Below are positions 10,332 through 19,583 of a stretch of DNA of 64,000 bases, one piece after another. A program made the translations under genes and the position numbers. Within the stretch, counting starts at the first letter, position 1, and each line of letters opens with the position of its first letter. The notes beneath the pieces were generated by a model. The model saw only the letters and a program-made list of their open reading frames with translations, was not told the origin of the DNA and did not search any database. The stretch is from an uncultured delta proteobacterium (lineage in GTDB: Bacteria; Desulfobacterota; Desulfomonilia; Desulfomonilales; Desulfomonilaceae), in NCBI GenBank assembly GCA_963811075.1, contig CAWEPY010000011.1, positions 15,393 to 79,392 of the forward strand, written 5' to 3'.

Positions 10332-11282
10332 TCACAACACACTATCAACAGCGCAAGGACGCCAATCATGAGAAAGAACAGCTCTAAGGACTGCGTCGGC
10401 GCCCATCTCAATCAACCTGTCCGCTACAACAGCCCCAATAAGACTGTCATCTCCCGGCCCCGTGTATGTTTCCCTAAAAATAGGTGTTCCATCCGGATGT
10501 GTAACCGCAGCGGTAAGCCTTACTCCCTCGTCCAATGGCTCACAATACGCAGCCATAGGGACCTGACAGCCGCCACCCATCCTTTTGAGAAAACAGCGCT
10601 CAATCTCTACGCATTTCCTAGTCTCGCTGTCGTTCAACTCGGAAACGATTTCCCGCACTCTGTCGTCAGCTATTCGGGTCTCTATACCTATGGCTCCCTG
10701 CCCAATAGCTGGAATCATATCTTCTATAGACAAAAATTCCCGTATCCTGTCAGTGAAGCCCATTCTGATGATGCCGGCAGCAGCTAATAGGGCTCCGGCA
10801 AGATCATCCGTTTCGATCTTTCTGATCCGCGTGTCGACATTTCCTCGAATCGATACAACTTCAAGACCAGTGAAACTGTTCATGAGAAAAGCCCTTCTCC
10901 TCAAACTAGAGGTGCCAATCTTTTCACCATGCTTCAATTCAATTATTCTACGTGTATCGCGCGAGATAAACACGTCTCGGGGATCCTCACGTTTCAAAAT
11001 ACCGGCGATACCAAGTCCTTGTGGAATCTCCGTGGGAACGTCCTTCATTGAATGGACCGCCAGATCAACTGATCCAGCCAATAGAGCGTCCTCTATTTCC
11101 TTGGTAAATAGCCCCTTTCCTCCAATATGAGCCAGAGGGGCGTCGAGAATTTTGTCACCCTGTGTCTTGATTATTCTCAGGTCTACTTCCACTTTCGAAT
11201 CGACCGTCTTTAGCAAATCGGCGACATGGCGCGCCTGCCACATAGCCAGAGCGCTTCCTCTAGTTCCGATGGTCAGTTTCAT
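10332..11282 (-). CDS. hemC: Hydroxymethylbilane synthase (porphobilinogen deaminase)
   Basis: MKLTIGTRGSALAMWQA start, SMKDVP, GNVDTRIRK, and a C-terminal GGGCQVP cofactor-Cys motif. I trimmed the ORF-track start at 11354 to the conserved N-terminus. Confidence 0.93.
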   Translation of the reverse strand: MKLTIGTRGSALAMWQARHVADLLKTVDSKVEVDLRIIKTQGDKILDAPLAHIGGKGLFTKEIEDALLAGSVDLAVHSMKDVPTEIPQGLGIAGILKREDPRDVFISRDTRRIIELKHGEKIGTSSLRRRAFLMNSFTGLEVVSIRGNVDTRIRKIETDDLAGALLAAAGIIRMGFTDRIREFLSIEDMIPAIGQGAIGIETRIADDRVREIVSELNDSETRKCVEIERCFLKRMGGGCQVPMAAYCEPLDEGVRLTAAVTHPDGTPIFRETYTGPGDDSLIGAVVADRLIEMGADAVLRAVLSHDWRPCAVDSVL

Positions 11283-12603
11283 AATCTGAAATTTGCGCTT
11301 CCTCCGATTCTGAACCGGAAACAAAAGAGTTAAGGTCGAAGACCCGTTGAACAAAATCTATGTGCTGATTATGTCGTGATGTTTTCAGAGATTGCTTCAT
11401 AAAGGAGATCGGGCCATGCGCTATTTTGTTGATAATAGACTTGGTCAATATATCAATCGCTTCTCTCTCTGTATCGTTCAATTCAGCAAGTCGTCCGTTC
11501 AGGCGACCAATTTCATTGATCCTGATTTCTTCGAATTTGTCTTTTAGGGCCACTATTGTGGGCGCCCATTCGAGAGACCTGTTCCAATTCATGAACTTTC
11601 TTACTTCATCATCCACTATATTGCCGGCTTTTTCAGCCTCCGCACGTCTCTCACCAATATTTTCATCGACCACGGCCTGAAGGTCGTCGATGTTGTAAAG
11701 ATAAACCCCGTCGAGGTCATTGACTCTAGGCTCAATGTCCCTGGGGATTGCGATGTCGATTATGAAGATGGGCTTGTGCCGTCTTCTTTTCATTACAGTC
11801 TTCATGTCACTAAACATAATGATTGGATCGCAACTTCCCGTAGAGGTGATAACGACATCCGCAGTGATCAGAGCTTCAAAAAGCCGGTCTATCGGCTCTG
11901 CGGTTCCCTCAAACTGAGCGGCCAAAGCGCAGGCGTTTTCAATTGTTCTGTTTATGATTCTGATGGGCTTTCTTACGTTGCCTGCAAGGTGGCGTGCCGT
12001 CAGTTCAGCCATTTCACCGGCGCCTATCAACATAGCTTCGCACTGTTCGAGATCTCCCAGAATCTTCTTCGCCAACTCAACCGCCACATAGGCAATTGAG
12101 ACAGCCGATAGAGCTACCCCTGTCTCTGTTCGAACGCGTTTGGCAGTGAAAAACGCTCTGTGCATGAGCCTGTTGATTAATGGTCCGGTGGCGTTGGCGG
12201 CAGCGTCTCTCTTGAAAGCGGCCTTGACCTGTCCCACTATTTGCGGTTCACCTAGAACCATAGAATCAAGACTTGAAGTTACTCTGAAAACGTGTCTGAT
12301 CGCGTCTGATCTTCTCTTCACATAAAGATGAGGTATCAGTGAATCCACTCCAAGTCCGTGAATCTGAGCAACCAGTTGAATGAGTCTTTCAGAAACTTCC
12401 TCAGAATCATCTACGGCGGCAATTATCTCGGCCCTGTTACAGGTGGAAAGGATAACACATTCCTCAATCCCCTTAGTCTGGGCCACCAATCGAGTTACAG
12501 CCCCGTCCTGATTTCCGGGAAAAGTTATTCTTTCCCTCACCAAAACCGGCGCAGTGGTATGATTTAAACCCAAAACCATGAAATCATGTTTCGTCTGGGT
12601 CAT
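11260..12603 (-). CDS. hemA: Glutamyl-tRNA reductase
   Basis: GLNHTTAPVLVRE, active-site STCNRAE, and GAGEMAE NADPH motif. The ATG at 12603 forms an ATGA overlap with the upstream stop. Confidence 0.93.
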   Translation of the reverse strand: MTQTKHDFMVLGLNHTTAPVLVRERITFPGNQDGAVTRLVAQTKGIEECVILSTCNRAEIIAAVDDSEEVSERLIQLVAQIHGLGVDSLIPHLYVKRRSDAIRHVFRVTSSLDSMVLGEPQIVGQVKAAFKRDAAANATGPLINRLMHRAFFTAKRVRTETGVALSAVSIAYVAVELAKKILGDLEQCEAMLIGAGEMAELTARHLAGNVRKPIRIINRTIENACALAAQFEGTAEPIDRLFEALITADVVITSTGSCDPIIMFSDMKTVMKRRRHKPIFIIDIAIPRDIEPRVNDLDGVYLYNIDDLQAVVDENIGERRAEAEKAGNIVDDEVRKFMNWNRSLEWAPTIVALKDKFEEIRINEIGRLNGRLAELNDTEREAIDILTKSIINKIAHGPISFMKQSLKTSRHNQHIDFVQRVFDLNSFVSGSESEEAQISDYETDHRN

Positions 12604-13445
12604 GAGAGAACCGTCTCCACGCAAAGGCCGACAAACGAATGATGTCCTCCCAGCAGGAGACTAACACCTACAAATGTGAACATGACAAGACAAAAGCCCG
12701 CTATAGCAAGCAATGCGGCTTTCTTACCTCGCCACCCGAGGGCAAGTCTCTGGTGAACCATCCCAGCGTACGCAAACCACGTGATAAGACTCCACGTCTC
12801 TTTAGGATCCCAGGTCCAGTATGAACCCCAAGCGCTACTCGCCCAAAGAGCCCCGGAAATGATCCCAAGGGTGAGAAAGAAAAACCCAATCGGCAAAGCC
12901 CTCCGGTTGAATGTGTCAAGTGTCTGGAGTGACGGTAGAATTTTGTAAAATCTTCCTATTTTTTTTCGTTTGATCAAACGTTCCTGAAATATATACATGG
13001 CCCCAGCCATAGCCATGACTGTGAAAACCGAATTGCCAGCAATCGCAAAGGAAACGTGGATTGGAAGCCACCAGCTTCTGAGGACAGGCACTATAGGCTG
13101 ACTGATCTGGTAAGAGAATGTTGAAGCGACCAGCATGAGTACTGTCGCAATTGGAGCGGCCATGGCTCCCAAAACCGGATTTCTATCCCAAAATTGCAAG
13201 GCTACAAAAATGGCTATGACACCCCAGGCAAAAAGAGATATTGCGTCAAAGGGCGTGGCCATTGGGAAAAACCCCTGCACCCAGAATTGATGCAATATCG
13301 AAGAGGTATGAGTCACGAAGCCTGCCGCTACAAAGCAAAAACCGGAGAGGCAGGTAGTGCCTTTTGATCTCAGCAAGAACGCCGCATAGATGATGGAAGA
13401 GATCAAATAGAATATCGCGGACACTTTGAAAAACATCAGATGCAC
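12600..13445 (-). CDS. Cytochrome c assembly (CcsA/HemX-like) membrane protein
   Basis: Polytopic 281-aa protein with the Trp-rich heme-handling motif WGSYWTWDPKETWSLITW. It sits directly upstream of hemA, as hemX does in the Bacillus hemAXCDBL operon. Confidence 0.8.
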   Translation of the reverse strand: MHLMFFKVSAIFYLISSIIYAAFLLRSKGTTCLSGFCFVAAGFVTHTSSILHQFWVQGFFPMATPFDAISLFAWGVIAIFVALQFWDRNPVLGAMAAPIATVLMLVASTFSYQISQPIVPVLRSWWLPIHVSFAIAGNSVFTVMAMAGAMYIFQERLIKRKKIGRFYKILPSLQTLDTFNRRALPIGFFFLTLGIISGALWASSAWGSYWTWDPKETWSLITWFAYAGMVHQRLALGWRGKKAALLAIAGFCLVMFTFVGVSLLLGGHHSFVGLCVETVLS

Positions 13446-13458
13446 TGTTTCTTCCCAG

Positions 13459-14145
13459 CTAGAGTTGATCTCCGCAACTTTCTCCCACAGCGTTCTCTAC
13501 GTCTATTTCCATGGGCAATATCTTTTTGAGAATTTCCATGGCATGATAAAAGTCGCTTTGTCGGATAGCTTCCAGAAGTTCAGAATCTACAATCTCCGAA
13601 AATAGTTTCCGGTTTTCATCTGAATCGCAACTCGAATTCAGCACGCGTTTTCTTAAGTCACCCATCAATTTTGTCATCTTTCCATATTCGGGACCATACT
13701 GCTTTTCCAACTCCTCTCTGATCTTCCTCGCCAAAGCTGGAGAAGCCCCTCCGGTGCTGACTGCTATCATTAGATCCCCTTGGGAGATTACCGCTGGCAC
13801 AATAAATGTGCATAGATCCGGCACATCAGCAATATTACACGGCAATCGTCTGCTGTAGGCCGCATTATATATCTGCAAATTGACCTGACGGTCGTCGGTA
13901 GTTCCAAAAATCAGAATCGCGTCACGATAATCATCCAGGATGCTTTCATGAAAGTGAGCGTCTTTCCACTCGATTTTTTCCTGATCTCTGAGTCGCTCCA
14001 TCTCCGGTATCAGTTTTGGTGATATGACAACAACTTGGGCTCCGCTATCGAGAAGCCCTGTAGTCTTACGAAACGCTACCCTGCCGCCGCCTATAACTAT
14101 GACGCGCTTGTTCTGCAAATTCATCATCAATGGATAAGGTCTCAT
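13459..14145 (-). CDS. Precorrin-2 dehydrogenase / sirohydrochlorin ferrochelatase (SirC / CysG N-terminal type)
   Basis: VIVIGGGRVAFRKTTGLLDSGAQVVVISP Rossmann motif; 228 aa; first gene of the heme operon. Confidence 0.85.
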   Translation of the reverse strand: MRPYPLMMNLQNKRVIVIGGGRVAFRKTTGLLDSGAQVVVISPKLIPEMERLRDQEKIEWKDAHFHESILDDYRDAILIFGTTDDRQVNLQIYNAAYSRRLPCNIADVPDLCTFIVPAVISQGDLMIAVSTGGASPALARKIREELEKQYGPEYGKMTKLMGDLRKRVLNSSCDSDENRKLFSEIVDSELLEAIRQSDFYHAMEILKKILPMEIDVENAVGESCGDQL

Positions 14146-14277
14146 AAAATTCTTAACCCTGTTTGGCCATAGACCATATTTTTTTATACTATCATCTTCA
14201 GTGGGCTTCTAGAAGGGTTTACGAAGACTCCGCTCTAGCCAATCTTTGCTATCATTTTGTGAAATGATCCGCCAAGG

Positions 14278-15405
14278 TTACTTTTCGTCAACGTGAAGAG
14301 ACGAATATATGCCTGTTACAAGGTTGTTGGGGATGCTTATCCTGAAAAGGGAGCCTTTTCCAGGGATAGAGTCGAGTTGAATTCTCCCCCCATGTTCATG
14401 TACAATTCTTTCTGTTACAGCCAATCCCATGCCGGTTCCCTGTGGCTTGGTGGAAAAAAACGGGTCAAAGACAAATTCACGTTCGGCGTCAGCTATTCCT
14501 GCTCCATAGTCTTTAACTCCCAAGATTGTCTCGTTATCATTTTCATGTACAAAGATATCGACTTCCGAACCTACTGAAGAAAAATCTATTGCATTTTGCA
14601 GCAGATTACCAATGGCAATTTTCATCATATCCGGGTCAAATCTAGATATGCCGGATTTTGAGCTTAGGTCATGAAATAAAAGTTTTATCGACTTCTCTGA
14701 TGCGTGGCTTTCCATTTCCTTAACAGTTTCAAACGCCACTTCCGCCAAAGAACCTTTCACTGCTTTGATATTGGCCAAATTGGCGCAGCCTTGAACCTCA
14801 TCTACCAGAGATTCAAGTCTTCTCGCTCCCTCAAGGATTTTGTGAGCGTACGATATGGCTTCCATGTTGTTACCGTCAAGCTTGATTATTCGACCAGCAA
14901 AACCACCAATCATTACTACGGGATTCCTGATTTCGTGGGCAACCCCCATGGCCAATTTGTTTAGACTCCTCATTTTCTCTGTTGCAACCCGCTCCCTGTC
15001 CTCCAACAACTTTTTCTCTTTCTGACGTAACGTGAAGACTTCCGTGATATCCCTGAAAATAGCCACAAATCCAATGAATTGGGTCTTGCCTGAATTCGAT
15101 TCTATGAGGTATGAAGTTGTTGCCGCCAGTCTTTTCTTTCCACCGTCCGGAGGAAAGTAATCTACCTCGCTGTAGTCATTTACGGCCCTATTCCATATTG
15201 CATTGGTAAGAATCTGGTTGAATTCGTAATTTTCATCACGAACAAAAAATACCAAGCCCAATCCGTTTTCTCTAAGGTCATCGAATGAATATCCCAGGAT
15301 GTCCCTCGTTTTTTTGTTGGCGTACATAACGTCTCCGTCACTGTTAATGACGATTATACAGTCCGCCAGACTATCCAGAATATTTTTAATGATGATTGTA
15401 TCCAA
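14278..15405 (-). CDS. PAS-domain sensor histidine kinase (cytoplasmic)
   Basis: N-terminal PAS (ILDSLADCIIVINSDGDVMYANKK), H-box GVAHEIRNP, N-box LLQNAIDF, G-boxes DYGAGI and GTGMGLAV. Confidence 0.9.
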   Translation of the reverse strand: MDTIIIKNILDSLADCIIVINSDGDVMYANKKTRDILGYSFDDLRENGLGLVFFVRDENYEFNQILTNAIWNRAVNDYSEVDYFPPDGGKKRLAATTSYLIESNSGKTQFIGFVAIFRDITEVFTLRQKEKKLLEDRERVATEKMRSLNKLAMGVAHEIRNPVVMIGGFAGRIIKLDGNNMEAISYAHKILEGARRLESLVDEVQGCANLANIKAVKGSLAEVAFETVKEMESHASEKSIKLLFHDLSSKSGISRFDPDMMKIAIGNLLQNAIDFSSVGSEVDIFVHENDNETILGVKDYGAGIADAEREFVFDPFFSTKPQGTGMGLAVTERIVHEHGGRIQLDSIPGKGSLFRISIPNNLVTGIYSSLHVDEK

Positions 15406-15423
15406 ATCATGGCTCCGTTTTGT

Positions 15424-16155
15424 TCAGCATTTACCTTGAAGACTGAAAAAACCTTCAGGATCATCCATGAAATTCTTGTACAGTTTGAAAACTTGTGTGT
15501 CGCGGAACGAAATGGCCTTGATTCCCGATCCATCAAAGTTAAAAATTTGAGCCCCTGGGCAAGCTAGTATTATAGGGGATAACGTAGCGATAAGATACTG
15601 TTTGTTTGATGAAGACACATTGCTTAACAATACTCTTACAAATTCAACCTGACTGTTTGGTGACAGGGCCGATTCCGGCTCATCCATTAGATAAAGCCCG
15701 TCTATGCCGCAAGAGTAGCTCTTGAAGAAACTGAGAAACGACTCGCCGTGCGATTGGGCATTTAAAGATTGCCCTCCAAAATATCCAATCCTGTTAGGAT
15801 CATCCACTATTATGTCATCAAGTGAAGACGCAAAATTGAAAAAAGCTTCCGCTCTGAAATGAAACCCGTATTTGGGTTTAACGGCAAAATCCAGCCTCAC
15901 AAATTTTGCCAGTTGAGATTCGTACGGGTTAGAATGGACTCTATGCGTCTTACTCCCTCCCCAGGGTAAATAGCCGCATTTTCTTGCGACTGAATCGAGA
16001 AGAGCCGACTTGCCGACTCCGTTTTCGCCAGAGAAAAAGCAGATTCTGGATGTTAATTCAATATGCCCTGTCGTCTGAAAAGCCTTAATATTGAAAGGGA
16101 ATACATCATGAACAGGGAACCTGTCACTCATAAATCCAATACCGGTAAGAAACAT
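15424..16155 (-). CDS. Small ABC/SMC-like AAA ATPase (COG3910-like)
   Basis: Walker A GENGVGKSAL, signature-like SHGESF, and Walker B LYLMDEPESALSP. The expected H-loop reads ATLSP, with Leu where a His is usual. Confidence 0.7.
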   Translation of the reverse strand: MFLTGIGFMSDRFPVHDVFPFNIKAFQTTGHIELTSRICFFSGENGVGKSALLDSVARKCGYLPWGGSKTHRVHSNPYESQLAKFVRLDFAVKPKYGFHFRAEAFFNFASSLDDIIVDDPNRIGYFGGQSLNAQSHGESFLSFFKSYSCGIDGLYLMDEPESALSPNSQVEFVRVLLSNVSSSNKQYLIATLSPIILACPGAQIFNFDGSGIKAISFRDTQVFKLYKNFMDDPEGFFSLQGKC

Positions 16156-16203
16156 TCCGCCGCCTTTCTATATTTTGAAAAGGTCCGGCATTTACGCAAC
16201 CCA

Positions 16204-16704
16204 TCAGACAGTGAATCTCCATTGACAGAATCTTTCGGCTGGATGAGGATCCAGTGGAGCGTGTATGCATTCAACTCTAATGGCCGGATCAATCACTTGA
16301 GTAAAACCTTCAAACTCTCCTCGGTGCATTTCCTTACATGAGTATTCCCCCAAGTTCCTCCTCAGGCGGGCTTCCTGTGTTGGGCAACTTGGCACAGATA
16401 TAACTATCTCAGAGTCTTTGGTTTCAATTTCGTATCCTACCATTATCGCCCAGGGGAAATACTTCAGAGCTCTTACAAAACCACCTAACCCCTTTTCGCT
16501 TATTTTAAACCTTTTGACTATGTCTTTTGCAGCCATGCCGGCGATTCTTCTCCAAACTTTCTCGTTTAAACGATTGGCTTCATCAATCCCATGCTCTTGC
16601 TCCAAAAAAATATACCAGAAAGAATCCATGACTCGATAATGCCAAAAAAGAAAATCTGTGTATTCTCTTAATTCTTGTCCTTGAAGCCAGTCCGGCGTAA
16701 CCAT
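16204..16704 (-). CDS. Hypothetical protein with a Cys-containing C-terminal half (ATC-hydrolase/DUF6125-like by recollection)
   Basis: 166/167-aa ORF. A strong AGGAGG SD lies 5 nt before the ATG at 16704. Conserved-looking CPTQ...CKEMH...C...C pattern. No function can be assigned from the sequence alone. Confidence 0.55.
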   Translation of the reverse strand: MVTPDWLQGQELREYTDFLFWHYRVMDSFWYIFLEQEHGIDEANRLNEKVWRRIAGMAAKDIVKRFKISEKGLGGFVRALKYFPWAIMVGYEIETKDSEIVISVPSCPTQEARLRRNLGEYSCKEMHRGEFEGFTQVIDPAIRVECIHAPLDPHPAERFCQWRFTV

Positions 16705-16852
16705 CACAACCTCCTACGAGAATTTTTTTCACACTAACTAAGTTTAAGGTTATAAACTCAAATTCCCAATCTGATTGCAGGACTTCCTGTTCTTTACAAT
16801 TGGAAACAGCTTGCTATAGAATTAGACAATATATCAGTTGAGGGGTTGACGA

Positions 16853-17209
16853 ATGTCAAAAGCTGTATTTCCGATCTTGTCATTGCTGATTCTATTGGTG
16901 GTGTTTCCGGCCGAGGCGCAACAGAGTTTCGCTCTACCTGATGTTTCCAAGATGAAAGAACTTACTACACAATGGTCGGATCACGCTCCTGAAGTTCCTG
17001 GCAAAGAAACCAAGATGGAGTTCTATTCTACACCTGATGGACTGATCTACACCATATATTCATACAAAGGCAGAACGCTTGGATTCAGTGTCCACTCCAA
17101 CAGCGATGTCCAAAAAACATACAGACTATTTCTCGACCCAGTCGGCAACAGGCTTTTCCAGGAAGTGAATCCCGGGACTCAATGGCAAATACCCCAGTGG
17201 GCGCGTTAA
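16853..17209 (+). CDS. Hypothetical secreted protein
   Basis: 118 aa. Sec-type signal peptide MSKAVFPILSLLILLVVFPAEA/QQ and a GAGGGG SD 7 nt upstream. Confidence 0.6.
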   Translation: MSKAVFPILSLLILLVVFPAEAQQSFALPDVSKMKELTTQWSDHAPEVPGKETKMEFYSTPDGLIYTIYSYKGRTLGFSVHSNSDVQKTYRLFLDPVGNRLFQEVNPGTQWQIPQWAR

Positions 17210-17262
17210 TCCGGTCACTTGAGGAAGATTATATAGAGCCAAACTTAACGACAGAGTATCAG

Positions 17263-17607
17263 ATGCATGAACTGGGAATAGTACAGAGTATATTGGAAAT
17301 AATCGAGGAACAACTCAAGATTCACGAAGGAGAAAGAGTTGTAAGAATACAACTTGAATTCGGAGCAATGACTGCTGTAATGCCTGAAGCCATTGAGTTT
17401 GCATTTCAGGCGTTGACAAGGGAAGGCCCGGTGGCGGGAGCGACACTCGATATTACAATTATCCCAATCAAAGGTGTTTGTCTTGATTGTGGACAACAAG
17501 TAGATCTAAATAGCTACGCTCCATTTTGCCCGGCCTGTTCAAATGGAATATTGAACATTCTTCAGGGCAAGGACGAGATGAGAATTGTTTCAATTGAAAT
17601 TGAATAG
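17263..17607 (+). CDS. hypA: Hydrogenase nickel-incorporation/maturation protein HypA
   Basis: MHELGIVQSILEII N-terminus (MHE nickel site) and zinc motif CLDCG...CPAC. 114 aa from the conserved start; I trimmed the ORF-track start at 17182. Confidence 0.85.
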   Translation: MHELGIVQSILEIIEEQLKIHEGERVVRIQLEFGAMTAVMPEAIEFAFQALTREGPVAGATLDITIIPIKGVCLDCGQQVDLNSYAPFCPACSNGILNILQGKDEMRIVSIEIE

Positions 17608-17648
17608 TCAACTACGATACTCAAAAGAGATGATGAAGCGAGGCGAAT

Positions 17649-18173
17649 ATGAATCTGAAAAACAAGAAAGCGGCTATACTGGTTGAAGACCTTTACAACG
17701 ATTTCGAGGTCTGGGTTCCGTATTACCGCTTAAAGGAAGAAGGCGTTCTTGTTCATGTGATTGGATCTGGAACCGCTTTAACTTATCATGGAAAATATGG
17801 CGTCCCGATTTCCGCTGACAAGAGTGCGAAAGAGGTCAGAGGGAAAGATTTCGACCTAGTTATCATTCCCGGTGGATACGCGCCGGATAGGATGAGAATA
17901 CATCCGGAGATGGTGCAATTAGTGAGAGAAGCCTCGGAAAATGGGAAAATTCTGGCCTCTATCTGTCATGGTGGATGGATGCTGGCCAGCGCAAATGTTG
18001 TTCGCGGAAAAAGACTCACGTCTTACGTGGCCATCAAGGACGATCTGGTGAATGCCGGGGCCCTGTGGGAGGATTCTGAGATGGTACAGGACGGCGCCTT
18101 AATCACGTCCAGAAAACCAGAAGATCTACCGGCCTTCTGCAGGGCCATCATTCAAAGCATGAGCAGCCTCTAA
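17649..18173 (+). CDS. DJ-1/PfpI family protein (type 1 glutamine amidotransferase-like)
   Basis: 174 aa. DLVIIPGGYAP and nucleophile elbow ICHGGWML. Confidence 0.88.
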   Translation: MNLKNKKAAILVEDLYNDFEVWVPYYRLKEEGVLVHVIGSGTALTYHGKYGVPISADKSAKEVRGKDFDLVIIPGGYAPDRMRIHPEMVQLVREASENGKILASICHGGWMLASANVVRGKRLTSYVAIKDDLVNAGALWEDSEMVQDGALITSRKPEDLPAFCRAIIQSMSSL

Positions 18174-18215
18174 TTTTAACATCCTCAACAGATCACGATC
18201 TCACAACGGCTTAAA

Positions 18216-19583
18216 ATGGATAAAATGGAACTATCGTATCTGGCAGTCCTCCCGGATGGGATAAAACCGACCCGAGTTGTCGTCGACACCAACAAAGGGA
18301 CAATTGCGTCCCTAACCCCCGCCTCAGCCGTAGAAAATGATTCTTTGGTACTGTTTCCGGGTTTCATCGATATTCATGTCCATGCCCGAGAGTTTCTCAG
18401 GCCGGACCATCGGAACAAAAGTCTTTTCGAGAAATGGGAAAACGCCTGTTTGAAGGAAACCTTCGAAACCGCTGGAAAGGCGGCTATCAATGGTGGAATT
18501 ACATGCTTTGCCGCTATGCCCAATGATCCTGTCGCTCCGGATAATGAACTGAGATTCCGACAAAAATCCTTACTCACGAAGAGTTCCGAATGTCCGGTAA
18601 TATTGTTCGCAGCAATTACCCTGACATCCGAACCATGGGCGAATCTGCCCTATAAGGTCTATCTTGACACTCATTCCAGCCCGTCAGGTTTTTCTTCTTG
18701 GTCAGATCTCGAAGGTGTCTTAAAGCGTTACAGGGGGCAGCGGGTTTTCTTTCACGCTGAGGACCCGAGTGTGTTGATCAACCATACGGGATTTACGGAA
18801 CATTGGAAACGAAGACCTCCTGAAGCTGAAATCAGCGCAGTGGAACGCATTCTGGAAATCACCCACAAATATGGTTTGATATCTCACATATGCCATATTT
18901 CTACAACTTCCGCTGTAGAATCAATTTCCTGTTACAACAAACACGCGGCCATTAAAGTGACAACAGAGGTTACTCCTCACCATTTATTTTTTAGCGTTGA
19001 CGAAAATGGTTACTCGGCTGCCGGGCGGAGAATCGAAATTGAGCCTTATCTTCTCAACTGTAATCCGCCAATAAGGTCTGAAGAAGATAGGCAGTACATG
19101 GTAGAAGCTCTTCGGTCGGGAGAGATTCAGGCCCTAGCGTCCGACCACGCTCCCCATCTATTGTCTGAAAAGATGGCCGGAGCTCCGGGGATGCCCCATC
19201 TGGACACACTTGGTCCATTCGTCGGATGGTTGATTCATGACTGCGACTACGATTATCAGCGCATAGCTCAGATCCTTTCATCAGAACCTGTTAGGATAAT
19301 GTCGCCTTTTCCAGATCCAAAAACAGGATCTATTCAAGAGGGCTTCAAAGCCTCTTTCTCACTTCTGGATTTGAACAAAAAAACCAGCATTCGCCGACCC
19401 AAAAACGCAACCGGCAACCTTAATCTTTTCACTCGCTGCGGCTGGTCTCCTTTTCAGAATATTTCTTTGCCGGCCCACGTAACGAAAACGATTATTGGTG
19501 GCAGATCTTTCGATCATGGTCTCAAGTTTACAAAACCACCTTTACATGAACTTCTGACTAACATTCCGGGGTTATTAAAATGA
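18216..19583 (+). CDS. pyrC: Dihydroorotase-like amidohydrolase
   Basis: PGFIDIHVHAREF metal-binding motif and a late SDHAPH motif. The ATGA stop/start overlap with pyrB suggests a pyrC-pyrB-pyrI operon. Confidence 0.8.
   Translation: MDKMELSYLAVLPDGIKPTRVVVDTNKGTIASLTPASAVENDSLVLFPGFIDIHVHAREFLRPDHRNKSLFEKWENACLKETFETAGKAAINGGITCFAAMPNDPVAPDNELRFRQKSLLTKSSECPVILFAAITLTSEPWANLPYKVYLDTHSSPSGFSSWSDLEGVLKRYRGQRVFFHAEDPSVLINHTGFTEHWKRRPPEAEISAVERILEITHKYGLISHICHISTTSAVESISCYNKHAAIKVTTEVTPHHLFFSVDENGYSAAGRRIEIEPYLLNCNPPIRSEEDRQYMVEALRSGEIQALASDHAPHLLSEKMAGAPGMPHLDTLGPFVGWLIHDCDYDYQRIAQILSSEPVRIMSPFPDPKTGSIQEGFKASFSLLDLNKKTSIRRPKNATGNLNLFTRCGWSPFQNISLPAHVTKTIIGGRSFDHGLKFTKPPLHELLTNIPGLLK

Noticed and set aside
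10332-11354. Extended N-termini of hemC (to 11354), hypA (from 17182), hemA (to 12624) and the ADH (to 4513).
   Set aside because: The conserved family N-termini, SD positions or ATGA coupling support the shorter starts given in the features list.
16801-16815. Sigma54-like element TGGAAACAGCTTGCT upstream of the 16853 gene.
   Set aside because: The GG and GC dinucleotides are separated by 9 nt, not the required 10. A sigma70-like TTTACA-16-TATAGA pair (16793-16820) fits better.
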